A stretch of DNA of 64,000 nt, taken from assembly GCA_018971485.1 (NCBI GenBank), contig JAGXAQ010000002.1:249122-313121 (forward strand), in the 5' to 3' direction. Shown piece after piece: positions 29,845 through 39,354 of the stretch (position 1 is the first letter of the stretch; every line of letters starts with the position of its first letter). This stretch comes from Pseudomonadota bacterium (GTDB lineage: Bacteria; Pseudomonadota; Gammaproteobacteria; Burkholderiales; REEB80). A model generated the notes under the pieces. The model was not told where the DNA came from, did no database searches, and saw only the letters and a program-made list of their open reading frames with translations. The position numbers and the translations under genes were made by a program.

Positions 29845-30932
29845 GTATCATTGCAACAACCAAACAGATGCATGCCGAAGTGCAAAAGCCAATTTTTTAT
29901 AGAAAGAAACCGGATAACTGCGTAGAGTTCCCCAAACTTATTGCTATCTTAACCTATCCAATATCAGTCACACTCGCAAAGACATACTGCATGGAAGCCA
30001 CACAATAAAATAAGGCGTTTGCAGCAATTAGACATATAGACATAAATAACCATTGATAATAGATCCACAGGTGGGCAATTATTTACTCGAAACAAGATAC
30101 CAAGAGGATGGAGCATTAGGCAAATAATAAACCTAACCTAGACTCAGCCCTTGTGAGAAATTACACGGTTCAGCGGGTTCTTTTACCCATCAAGGCACGC
30201 TAAATTTCATCACGTACAAAGGAGAAAGAAGACATCACCCAATCGGGTTTCTTCCCTAATAAAAAAAGCCGCAGCAATACACCCTGTTGCTTTATATGGG
30301 AAAAATTATGGCTTCTTAAAGTTTAGCCTTATTTACTGTCCAGACAAGCAACACATCACCTTTCGTCAGATGGTGCAGAAAGTCTGTCAGCATAAAACTT
30401 AACTTCACCCTATTATGATCTACTAAACCTCAATCGTTTGTCAAAAACGTTCAACATGAAACTAAAATAATCTCAAGATACCTAAAACTGTTCTTCTCTC
30501 CAATGACAAGCCTTATCATTTAAAAAAACATGCCAGTGAAAAATTACAAAGAAGCTGCATCCGACATGGTGAAAGATCGGTTCATCTAACTCACCCAATC
30601 CACCTGAAATCATGAGCACCGCTTAAAACTCAAGGGAATACCATCATGACAAGCATTACCTAAGCCTAGCCCTTCAGGAAGCTTGATGTAGCATTTAAAA
30701 TGAATACATCCTACGTACATCAAGGCAATTCATTTGAACAAGAGCTCAAAAATTTGCCCTTGCTACTAAAACTTCAAAAAAATGCCTTTTCCGTTAATTG
30801 TCTAGGTTAATTACATTTGTTTCATTCAGGTTTAAAGCTTGTACCCACTTTCATTTTGCAACCCTATTCCTGTTGCTCCAATGAAAAGGAATCGCTAGAC
30901 TAGCTTCTGTCATTTTCCTAATTGGAGCCCCC

Positions 30933-31790
30933 TTGCCTTATATTCATTTCCTGCAACAGGAACCCACTCTTTTTTCTATCATAATCACAATTTCTGGTCT
31001 ATTGATCGGAAGTTTTTTAAACGTCCTGATACATAGGCTGCCCACCATGCTAGAAAGACAGTGGCAACAAGACTGTCAATCCCTGCTGGATACACCTTTA
31101 CCCCAAAAACTTCCGACATATAATCTCCTGACACCAGGTTCACACTGCCCACATTGCTCACGACCCATCCGTATCCTTGAAAATTTACCCATCATCAGTT
31201 TCCTGGTTTTAGGGGGCAAATGTGCCGGATGCAAGAAACCCATCTCAAAACGGTATCCCCTGATTGAGCTAAGCGCTGCGCTGCTCAGTTTCTTTATTGC
31301 CTGGCATTTCGGAATCGGACTTAAAACCATATCCGGCCTTTATCTGGCTTATTCACTGATTGCACTAACTGCCATTGATCTTGACAGGCAATTACTGCCA
31401 GACTTCCTGACCTTACCCCTTCTTTGGGCAGGCCTGATTTTCAACCTGGGCGGCACATTTTCTTCTATTCAGAATGCCGTAATCGGAGCTATTGCTGGCT
31501 ATCTATCCTTATGGCTCGTTTTTTGGGCCTTCAAGCTGTTAACGGGTAAAGAAGGTATGGGTTATGGCGACTTCAAGCTCTTCTCAGCCCTGGGTGCCTG
31601 GTTTGGCTGGATCAGTTTGCCTGCCATCCTTCTAATGGCGTCCCTAACAGGAGCATGTGTAGGCCTATATCTCATCCTGTTCAAAAAGCACAGCCGAAAC
31701 AACCCTATTCCATTCGGCCCTTATCTTGCAGGTGGCGGGATTATCTTCCTGTTCTTTGGGCCTGAACTGACTCATCTTTACTTTCCATGA
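30933..31790 (+). CDS. pilD: Prepilin peptidase / N-methyltransferase
   Basis: GSFLNVLIHRLP, two CxxC pairs, IDLDRQLLPD, GMGYGDFKL, PFGPYL. Confidence 0.96.
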   Translation: MPYIHFLQQEPTLFSIIITISGLLIGSFLNVLIHRLPTMLERQWQQDCQSLLDTPLPQKLPTYNLLTPGSHCPHCSRPIRILENLPIISFLVLGGKCAGCKKPISKRYPLIELSAALLSFFIAWHFGIGLKTISGLYLAYSLIALTAIDLDRQLLPDFLTLPLLWAGLIFNLGGTFSSIQNAVIGAIAGYLSLWLVFWAFKLLTGKEGMGYGDFKLFSALGAWFGWISLPAILLMASLTGACVGLYLILFKKHSRNNPIPFGPYLAGGGIIFLFFGPELTHLYFP

Positions 31791-32407
31791 AAAAACCCTA
31801 TGTCATTGGAGTAACAGGTGGGATTGGTTGCGGAAAAAGCACTGTTTCAGATGCCTTTGCAACCCTTGGCGTACCGGTCATCGACACAGACAAAATCAGC
31901 CGTAACCTGACTAGTAAGGGTGGGGAAGCTATTGAGACAATTAGAAAAACATTCGGTGAAAACTATCTCCTGCTTGATGGTAGTCTTGATCGTCAATTAA
32001 TGCGTAAAACCGTATTCAAGAACAAGCAGGCCTTGAATCAGCTGGAAGCTATTTTACACCCTCTCATCCGCAAGACTGTACACCATGAGCTCAGCCAAAG
32101 CACCGCGCCTTATATTCTGTTAGTTGTTCCTTTGCTGGTTGAAAAATCAGGCTATACCGAATGGCTCAACCGAATACTAGTCATTGACTGTGATGAATCC
32201 ATCCAGATCCAGCGCGTCATGGACAGAAGCGGATTAAATAAGACAGAAGTAAAGCATATCCTTCATAATCAGGTAAGTAGAGAAACGAGGTTGCAATTTG
32301 CTGATGATGTGCTTGATAACTCGACTGACCTTTCAACCCTCCTTGAGAAGGTCCTATCCCTCCATCAATATTATTTGTCCTTGGCGGCAGCATCAACGAA
32401 TCAGTAA
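31787..32407 (+). CDS. coaE: Dephospho-CoA kinase
   Basis: GVTGGIGCGKST, LEAILHPLIR, VPLLVE; overlaps the pilD stop codon. Confidence 0.96.
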   Translation: MKKPYVIGVTGGIGCGKSTVSDAFATLGVPVIDTDKISRNLTSKGGEAIETIRKTFGENYLLLDGSLDRQLMRKTVFKNKQALNQLEAILHPLIRKTVHHELSQSTAPYILLVVPLLVEKSGYTEWLNRILVIDCDESIQIQRVMDRSGLNKTEVKHILHNQVSRETRLQFADDVLDNSTDLSTLLEKVLSLHQYYLSLAAASTNQ

Positions 32408-32588
32408 AAACGCTCCCCGTTAATCCAAAGCGAAAATAATCAAGAATGAGATCCGCTGATTTCAATATAGTGGCGTAATATTTCAATACGGGTGATACTC
32501 AACCTTAAAACGCAAGAATTTTGGTATAAGCTAGTAAAACCAGTAAATATCAGTCAAAATAAACTATTATTCTGGAGCAAGCCATCTT

Positions 32589-33344
32589 GTGATTAGTTAT
32601 GATTATCCCCTGAATGAACGCATCAGGACCTTGCTAAGACTAGAGCATCTTTTCGACAAGGCTGACTTTTACGTGTCCCGTGATGACAAACTGGATCATC
32701 ATGCAGCGATCATGGCTCTTTTCGAGATGATGGACGTAACCACAAGAGCAGATCTCAAATCTGAATTGCTGCAGGAAGTAGAGCGACACAAATCCTTTCT
32801 GGAACCATTACAAAGCAACCCTTCTATCGATCTGGATGCACTAGATAATGTCCTGGGCCAGCTTAAAGAAATCAATCACACTCTTTATACTCTTCCAGGC
32901 AAGACAGGACAGCATTTACGGGATAATGACTGGCTAATGAGTATCCGGCAAAGAGCAGTTATCCCCGGTGGACTATGCGAATTCGATGCACCTTCCTATC
33001 ATTACTGGCTCCACCAAGATGCCAGTATTAGAAGACGTGATCTGGATGCATGGCTTAATCCAATGAGGTGCATACAAAAAAGTCTTTCTCTTATTTTAAA
33101 ACTATTACGCGAAGCAGGGCAGCCAGTCCATCAAATTGCGCGACAAGGTAATTACCAGCAGGTTCTATCTGGTCGCAGTGCCCAGCTATTGCGGATAAAA
33201 ATGCCTGATGAAAGCACATTTGTTCCGGAAATATCAGCTAATCGATACGCTATCAACATCCGATTCACATTACTGGACGGTCAGCAAAAACCTAAAACAG
33301 CTGACGAGGACGTCGAATTCAACCTGATGCTTTGTAGTTTGTAG
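32589..33344 (+). CDS. zapD: Cell division protein ZapD
   Basis: YDYPLNERIRTLLRLE, IPGGLCEFDAP, PEISANRYAINIRF. Confidence 0.95.
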   Translation: MISYDYPLNERIRTLLRLEHLFDKADFYVSRDDKLDHHAAIMALFEMMDVTTRADLKSELLQEVERHKSFLEPLQSNPSIDLDALDNVLGQLKEINHTLYTLPGKTGQHLRDNDWLMSIRQRAVIPGGLCEFDAPSYHYWLHQDASIRRRDLDAWLNPMRCIQKSLSLILKLLREAGQPVHQIARQGNYQQVLSGRSAQLLRIKMPDESTFVPEISANRYAINIRFTLLDGQQKPKTADEDVEFNLMLCSL

Positions 33345-33387
33345 CCCCGCATGGCAATCGCGCCCAAAAACTGAACTAACACTTAAG

Positions 33388-34368
33388 CTATTCTAGCTCA
33401 CCTGAATCATTTTTATTCCGGCAAACATGACTCAATGGCCAAACTGCACGCTGCATGGCAATGCCATGCGCACCTGATTTCATCGCTTCATTTAACTGTA
33501 CCTGCTGAAGGCCCCCCATAGCAAATACCGGTATGGGACAATCTCGAATCAGCCGGGAAAAAGCAGGCCAGCCAAGCGGGGCCTTGTCAGGGTGGCTTTT
33601 TGTTTTCATGACAGGTGAAAGAACAATGAAATCAAGATTCATCCTGACAGCTTGTTCAATTTGTTTAGCATCATGAACAGATGCTGCACATATTCGAAAA
33701 TCAGGGCGCGAAGCAAGTCGCATCAGTTCAATCGAGTTCAGGTGAATACCATCAGCTTCTACCAACCGGGCAACCCTAGGCATTCCATGAAAAAGCAGTT
33801 CCCCACCTTTATTCTTCACAAACGGTTGTATACGCCTAAAAAGCTGGGCACGCTGGCCCTCATTCATCTCTGGTTCACGCATCAGGATCAAACGAATACC
33901 CTTATCCAGAGCCAGAGAAAAACGGTCCATGGAAAGCGGCTCTAACGGATCACTAAAATGGGTCAGGGCATAATACTGGGGCAAGGCCAAAGCAGTGAGA
34001 ACGGGATCATTGGCTGGCAACATAGGTGCCGGATAAGGGCCACCCAGTTGGACCCAGCGTAAATCCTGCCCTTCAAGCGGTCTAGGAATACCTTCCCATG
34101 AACGAACACGATAAAAATGAATGATCACCCGAGCATGTGGATAATCAAATCGTCGATGTATCCATGGATAAGGAACAAGGCCATGAACACCCAATTCTTC
34201 AGTTAATTCACGCTCCAGGGCAATCTGTGCTGTCTCCCCTGGTTCTATCTTTCCTCCCGGGAATTCCCAATAGCCTGCATAAGGCTTGCCTTGAGGACGA
34301 CTGGCCAGCAGAAACCTCCCGTCCAGATCCTCCATAACTGCAGCTACAACTTCAATGGCCTGCTTCAT
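33388..34368 (-). CDS. Nudix (MutT-like) hydrolase fused to a thiamine-phosphate-synthase-like domain
   Basis: Nudix box WEFPGGKIEPGE...RELTEELG; C-terminal ADGIHL, SPVMKTKSHP, PVFAMGG. Confidence 0.88.
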   Translation of the reverse strand: MKQAIEVVAAVMEDLDGRFLLASRPQGKPYAGYWEFPGGKIEPGETAQIALERELTEELGVHGLVPYPWIHRRFDYPHARVIIHFYRVRSWEGIPRPLEGQDLRWVQLGGPYPAPMLPANDPVLTALALPQYYALTHFSDPLEPLSMDRFSLALDKGIRLILMREPEMNEGQRAQLFRRIQPFVKNKGGELLFHGMPRVARLVEADGIHLNSIELMRLASRPDFRICAASVHDAKQIEQAVRMNLDFIVLSPVMKTKSHPDKAPLGWPAFSRLIRDCPIPVFAMGGLQQVQLNEAMKSGAHGIAMQRAVWPLSHVCRNKNDSGELE

Positions 34369-35227
34369 GCAGCCTGGTTCTTCCAGCAAAATCACAAGCG
34401 AATTGCCAAGCTACCCTGCCACTCCGGGAACCACGTTCCAACGCAAAGCGCAATGCTTCCCCTTGGATCTCTGGCCCAAACAGGTTTAAACCAAAATGGT
34501 TGAGCCAGTATGCGGTAATAGCCAGATACTCCGATTGAGTAAACGGATAGAAAGGAACCCAAAGTCCAAAACGTTCTGATAAAGAAATCTTCTCTTCCGT
34601 CGTTTCACCTGGATGGATTTCTCCATTAACATGCTGGGTTTCCAGGTTTTCAGACATATGTTCCGGTAATAAGTGGCGTCGATTACTCGTCGCATAAATC
34701 AGCACATTCCTGGCATATCCGCCCAGTGAGCCATCTAAAGCCACTTTCAAAGATTTATATGAGGCATCATTATCTTCAAAAGAAAGATCATCACAAAAAA
34801 CAATGAAGCGGTAATCTTGTTTCACAAAAATTGAAACCAGATCAGGCAAATCAACAAGATCAGCCTTATCCACTTCCACCAGGCGCAACCCTTTATGCCC
34901 ATAACGCGTCAACATAGCCTTGACCAGCGATGATTTTCCAGTGCCACGAGCACCTGTCAACAGGACATTATTAGCTGGTAGTCCCTCCACGAACTGGCAA
35001 GTATTTCGATCGACCCGATTTCTCTGATCATCAATTCCTTGAAGATCATCTAAATCCAGCATATGGGGCAAAGGGACTGGCTCAAGCCTTCCGCCAAAAG
35101 AGACCTTACGCCATCGTGCAGCCAAAATAGCCGACCAGTCCATAGGCAAAACCTTCGGGGGCAAGAGATCCTCTAGCCTGTCTAGGAGCCGTTCTGCCCG
35201 ATGCAAAAATTGATCGAGATAATCCAT
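34352..35227 (-). CDS. AAA+ ATPase, DUF815 family
   Basis: GARGTGKSS, FCDDLSF, YATSNRRHL, SLSERFGL, RSGRVAWQF. Confidence 0.9.
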   Translation of the reverse strand: MDYLDQFLHRAERLLDRLEDLLPPKVLPMDWSAILAARWRKVSFGGRLEPVPLPHMLDLDDLQGIDDQRNRVDRNTCQFVEGLPANNVLLTGARGTGKSSLVKAMLTRYGHKGLRLVEVDKADLVDLPDLVSIFVKQDYRFIVFCDDLSFEDNDASYKSLKVALDGSLGGYARNVLIYATSNRRHLLPEHMSENLETQHVNGEIHPGETTEEKISLSERFGLWVPFYPFTQSEYLAITAYWLNHFGLNLFGPEIQGEALRFALERGSRSGRVAWQFACDFAGRTRLHEAGH

Positions 35228-35235
35228 GAGTGCCT

Positions 35236-36459
35236 CTAACTCCGGTATTCTGCATTAATTCGCACATAATCGTGAGAAAAATCGCAGGTCCAGATTCGAG
35301 CCTGATCCTTGCCCCGCCCCAACAGCACGCGTATGGTGATTTCTGGCTGGCTCATGATCTGCACCCCATCCTCTTCACGATAAGCGGGGTCTCTTCCACC
35401 CTCAAAAGCCACGCGGACATCATTCAGATAAACTACAACGTTACTCACATCCAGATCATCAATACCCGCATAACCTATTGCTGCGAGAATCCGGCCAAGA
35501 TTGGGATCAGAGGCAAAAAAAGCAGTTTTAACCAAAGGTGAATGAGCAATGGCAAAAGCAACCTTGCGACACTCAGAGACACTTCGGCCTGCTTCAACTT
35601 TTATCGTTATAAACTTAGTTGCCCCTTCTCCATCTCGAACAATGGCCTGGGCCAATTCAAGACAAACGGCCCGAATCGCCTCCTTGATTTCATGGGCATA
35701 AGGGTTACTCTCTTCCTCAACCCGTATTTCTGCACACCCTGTTGCCATCAAGAGGAAAGAATCATTAGTGGATGTATCCCCATCGACTGTAATGCTGTTA
35801 AAAGTCTCATCAGCAATTTCATGCACCCATGTATCCAGTAAGCCCTGGTCAATATTCGCATCTGTTGCAACAAATGCAAGCATCGTTGCCATATTCGGAT
35901 GAATCATGCCAGATCCTTTGGCTATCCCGGTTACAGTAACCAGTTGATCATCAAGGAGGACCTTCCTCGAAGCCGCCTTGGGAACCAAATCAGTCGTCAT
36001 GATTGACTCAGCAGCACTAAGCCAATGATTAGCATCAAGATCAGCCACACAATCCGGAAGGTGCCGGATTAAACGTTCTTCAGGCAAGGGCTCTAGAATC
36101 ACCCCGGTTGAAAATGGCAAAACAGATTCAGCAGGACACTTAATCAAATCAGCGAGCGACTGACAAACATTCTTTGCGGATTTCAATCCTGCGGACCCCG
36201 TACCAGCATTCGCATTCCCTGTATTAATCACCAGCGCACGAGGTTGAGTCAGGCCAAGGTGTTCGCGGGCTATCTCAACTGGTGCCGCACAGAACCGGTT
36301 TTGAGTAAAAACAGCCGAAACCCGTGTCCCTTCATTCAGGCGAATCACCAGCAAATCCTTACGATTAGGTTTTTTGATATGGGCCTGAGCAATACCAAGT
36401 TCCACTCCTTTAACCGGATGGAGCCAATCCGCTTTGGGTGATTCCAGATTTACAGTCAT
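35236..36459 (-). CDS. argJ: Bifunctional glutamate N-acetyltransferase/amino-acid acetyltransferase
   Basis: [44 protein letters not shown]. Confidence 0.97.
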   Translation of the reverse strand: MTVNLESPKADWLHPVKGVELGIAQAHIKKPNRKDLLVIRLNEGTRVSAVFTQNRFCAAPVEIAREHLGLTQPRALVINTGNANAGTGSAGLKSAKNVCQSLADLIKCPAESVLPFSTGVILEPLPEERLIRHLPDCVADLDANHWLSAAESIMTTDLVPKAASRKVLLDDQLVTVTGIAKGSGMIHPNMATMLAFVATDANIDQGLLDTWVHEIADETFNSITVDGDTSTNDSFLLMATGCAEIRVEEESNPYAHEIKEAIRAVCLELAQAIVRDGEGATKFITIKVEAGRSVSECRKVAFAIAHSPLVKTAFFASDPNLGRILAAIGYAGIDDLDVSNVVVYLNDVRVAFEGGRDPAYREEDGVQIMSQPEITIRVLLGRGKDQARIWTCDFSHDYVRINAEYRS

Positions 36460-36535
36460 GACACACAATCCATTTAAAAAAGCAGGCTGTTATCCTGTTC
36501 GCCATAACTTGGCACAATAGGGCCATAAACACAGA

Positions 36536-39229
36536 TCAAGACAGCTTACCATGACAGTGCTTGTATTTTCGCCCTGATCCACAAGGGCAGGGATCATTAC
36601 GACCAACCTTGGCTATTTTTTCAACCGGATCAGAAGACCCCAGCGCTAAATCATAATCTGCATGCTGAAACTGAATATTGGAGGTAACTTGAGATGGATC
36701 AGCTTCATTATTAACATCATCCTCAGCTTGCACTTGAACAGTCAGGGTGATTTGCGTAACTTCCCGTTTTATGGTCTCTAACAACATGCTGAAAAGCTCA
36801 AAAGATTCACGTTTATAAGCCTGTTTCGGATCAACCTGGGCGTAGCCTCTCAAATGAATACCTTGACGCAGGTGATCCAATGCGGCCAAATGTTCACGCC
36901 AATGCTGATCCAGACTCTGCAGCATCACCGAGCGTTCAAAATGACGCATCACTTCTCCACCGACGCTCGCTTCTTTGGTTTCATATTGCGCATTCGCTGC
37001 TTCAATGATTCTCTCACACAAGGTTTCTGCGTGAAGGTCAGGCTCATCTACCAGCCATTGCGAAATGGATAGTTTTAACTTGTATAAATTTTCAAGAGAC
37101 GTTTCAAGGCCTTGGATATCCCATTCCTCCTCCATACTTTCCGCCGGAACATAACTTTCCACATGGGCCCGAAGCACATCTTCCCTCATCGCCAAAATAG
37201 TATCGGAAATATCATCGGCCTCCAAAAGCTCATTGCGCTGCTGGTAAATCACCTTACGCTGGTCATTGGCTACATCATCATATTCAAGTAGCTGTTTACG
37301 GATTTCAAAGTTCCGCTCTTCAACTTTTCTTTGCGCATTCTCAATAGCCCGGGTTACCCAAGGATGTTCAATAGCTTCGCCATCAGGCAATTTCAGCTTG
37401 GTCATGATTGCTGCAACCCTATCCGAAGCAAAAATCCTCAGCAATGGATCTTCCAAAGACAGATAAAACCGACTAGATCCTACATCCCCTTGTCGCCCTG
37501 CACGTCCCCTGAGTTGATTATCTACCCGACGGGATTCATGGCGTTCCGTTCCGATGATATGAAGCCCACCATAATTTAGCACTTCTTCATGAAGTCCCTG
37601 CCATTTGGCCTTCAGCTCCTGCTCCCGTTTAAGCTTGGCTGCTTCATCCAGACTCTCATCATTACGGATAACTTCAAGATCACTTTCTATACTGCCGCCA
37701 AGAACAATATCTGTTCCTCGACCTGCCATATTAGTGGCAATGGTAATCATCTTGGGACGACCAGCCTGTGCAATAATATGTGCTTCGCTCTCATGCTGTT
37801 TTGCATTAAGCACTTGATGCTTAAGATTAACCTTGTTGAGCATTTCAGACAGAAGCTCAGAATTCTCAATCGAGGTTGTTCCAACCAGCACTGGTTGACC
37901 TCGCTCATAGCACTCCTGAATGTCCTTGATAATAGCGTCATATTTTTCCCGGGCACTGCAATAAACCTGATCCATCTGATCTTTTCGTACCATAGGCCGA
38001 TGGGTTGGAATCACTACAGTCTCCAGACTGTAAATCTGTTGGAATTCAAATGCTTCAGTATCAGCTGTTCCAGTCATGCCACCTAACTTGCCGTAAAGCC
38101 TGAAATAATTCTGGAAAGTGATGGAGGCAAGTGTCTGATTTTCCTTTTGAATCGGCACACCCTCCTTGGCTTCAACTGCCTGATGCAAGCTGTCTGACCA
38201 GCGCCTTCCTGCCATCATACGGCCGGTAAATTCATCAACAATCACAATTTCCTTATTAAGTACAACATAATGCTGATCCCGGTGGTACAGGGCATGGGCC
38301 CGCAAAGCGGCGTAAAGATGATGCATGAGCTGAATACTCGAAGCATCATACAAGTTCCCGCCTGGCTGAAGCAGGCCGGCCTCTTCCAAGAGGCGCTCAG
38401 CATGCTCATGGCCTTCCTCAGTCAAGAGTACCTGATGTGCTTTTTCATCAACCCAGAAATCACCCGGCCCATCTTCAACCTCCTGTCTCTTGAGCGACTT
38501 TGACAAATGATCAATCTTGACATAAATCTCCGTAGTATCATCAGCTTGCCCTGAAATAATCAATGGAGTACGGGCCTCATCAATCAGGATTGAATCTACT
38601 TCATCAATAATCGCATAATTAAGAGGTAACTGGACCCGCTGATTAATCTGGTAGACCATATTGTCACGCAAATAATCGAAACCAAACTCATTATTGGTAC
38701 CATAGGTGATATCACATTTATAGGCCATCTGTTTTTGTTCATGGCTCATGCTAGATAGATTCACACCCACTGTCAGCCCCAAAAACCGATGGAGCCTACC
38801 CATCCAGTTTGCGTCACGCTCTGCCAAATATTCGTTTACCGTAACAACATGAACCCCAGCCCCACCCAGAGCATTCAAATAGGCAGGCAATGTAGACACC
38901 AGCGTTTTACCTTCTCCTGTTCGCATTTCAGCAATCTTGCCATAATGCAGCGCCATGCCACCAATCATCTGAACGTCATAGTGACGCATCTTGAAAACTC
39001 GTTTGCTTGCCTCACGCACCAAGGCAAAGGCTTCCGGAAGCAAATCATCCAGACTCTCGCCATTTTGACAACGTTTTCGAAACTCGTTCGTCTTGGCCCG
39101 GATCTCCTCATCCGATATTTTTTCAAATGCGGGTTCTAACGCATTAATCTGCTCAACAACCCCGCGATATCGCTTAAGTAAGCGCTCATTACGACTCCCG
39201 AAAACCTTTTTGACCAAACCAGATATCAT
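36536..39229 (-). CDS. secA: Preprotein translocase ATPase SecA
   Basis: [32 protein letters not shown]-terminal [13 protein letters not shown]. Confidence 0.99.
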   Translation of the reverse strand: MISGLVKKVFGSRNERLLKRYRGVVEQINALEPAFEKISDEEIRAKTNEFRKRCQNGESLDDLLPEAFALVREASKRVFKMRHYDVQMIGGMALHYGKIAEMRTGEGKTLVSTLPAYLNALGGAGVHVVTVNEYLAERDANWMGRLHRFLGLTVGVNLSSMSHEQKQMAYKCDITYGTNNEFGFDYLRDNMVYQINQRVQLPLNYAIIDEVDSILIDEARTPLIISGQADDTTEIYVKIDHLSKSLKRQEVEDGPGDFWVDEKAHQVLLTEEGHEHAERLLEEAGLLQPGGNLYDASSIQLMHHLYAALRAHALYHRDQHYVVLNKEIVIVDEFTGRMMAGRRWSDSLHQAVEAKEGVPIQKENQTLASITFQNYFRLYGKLGGMTGTADTEAFEFQQIYSLETVVIPTHRPMVRKDQMDQVYCSAREKYDAIIKDIQECYERGQPVLVGTTSIENSELLSEMLNKVNLKHQVLNAKQHESEAHIIAQAGRPKMITIATNMAGRGTDIVLGGSIESDLEVIRNDESLDEAAKLKREQELKAKWQGLHEEVLNYGGLHIIGTERHESRRVDNQLRGRAGRQGDVGSSRFYLSLEDPLLRIFASDRVAAIMTKLKLPDGEAIEHPWVTRAIENAQRKVEERNFEIRKQLLEYDDVANDQRKVIYQQRNELLEADDISDTILAMREDVLRAHVESYVPAESMEEEWDIQGLETSLENLYKLKLSISQWLVDEPDLHAETLCERIIEAANAQYETKEASVGGEVMRHFERSVMLQSLDQHWREHLAALDHLRQGIHLRGYAQVDPKQAYKRESFELFSMLLETIKREVTQITLTVQVQAEDDVNNEADPSQVTSNIQFQHADYDLALGSSDPVEKIAKVGRNDPCPCGSGRKYKHCHGKLS

Positions 39230-39354
39230 AAAATGTAAACTTTATCGAAATAATCAAATATGCTAGAACACGCCACATGGCAAAGGTTCTACCCTTTATT
39301 TTCGCAATTATCGCACGCGCAACCCACTTTTTACAGTAAGAACCCTTTTAAGAA

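Noticed and set aside
30670-30810. Plus-strand peptide KLDVAF...LPLLLKL resembling a LysR substrate-binding domain, plus a HAMP-like NRLSKTFN near 30430
   Set aside because: These are isolated short matches with no HTH or ordered series of motifs. They overlap the minus-strand epimerase-like fragments and are probably chance.
29845-30932. Short repeats in the pilC-pilD gap (TAGACATA x2, ATGACAAGC x2, CATCAAGGCA x2) as a possible CRISPR or repeat array
   Set aside because: Each occurs only twice with irregular spacing. There is no repeat-spacer periodicity and no cas gene.
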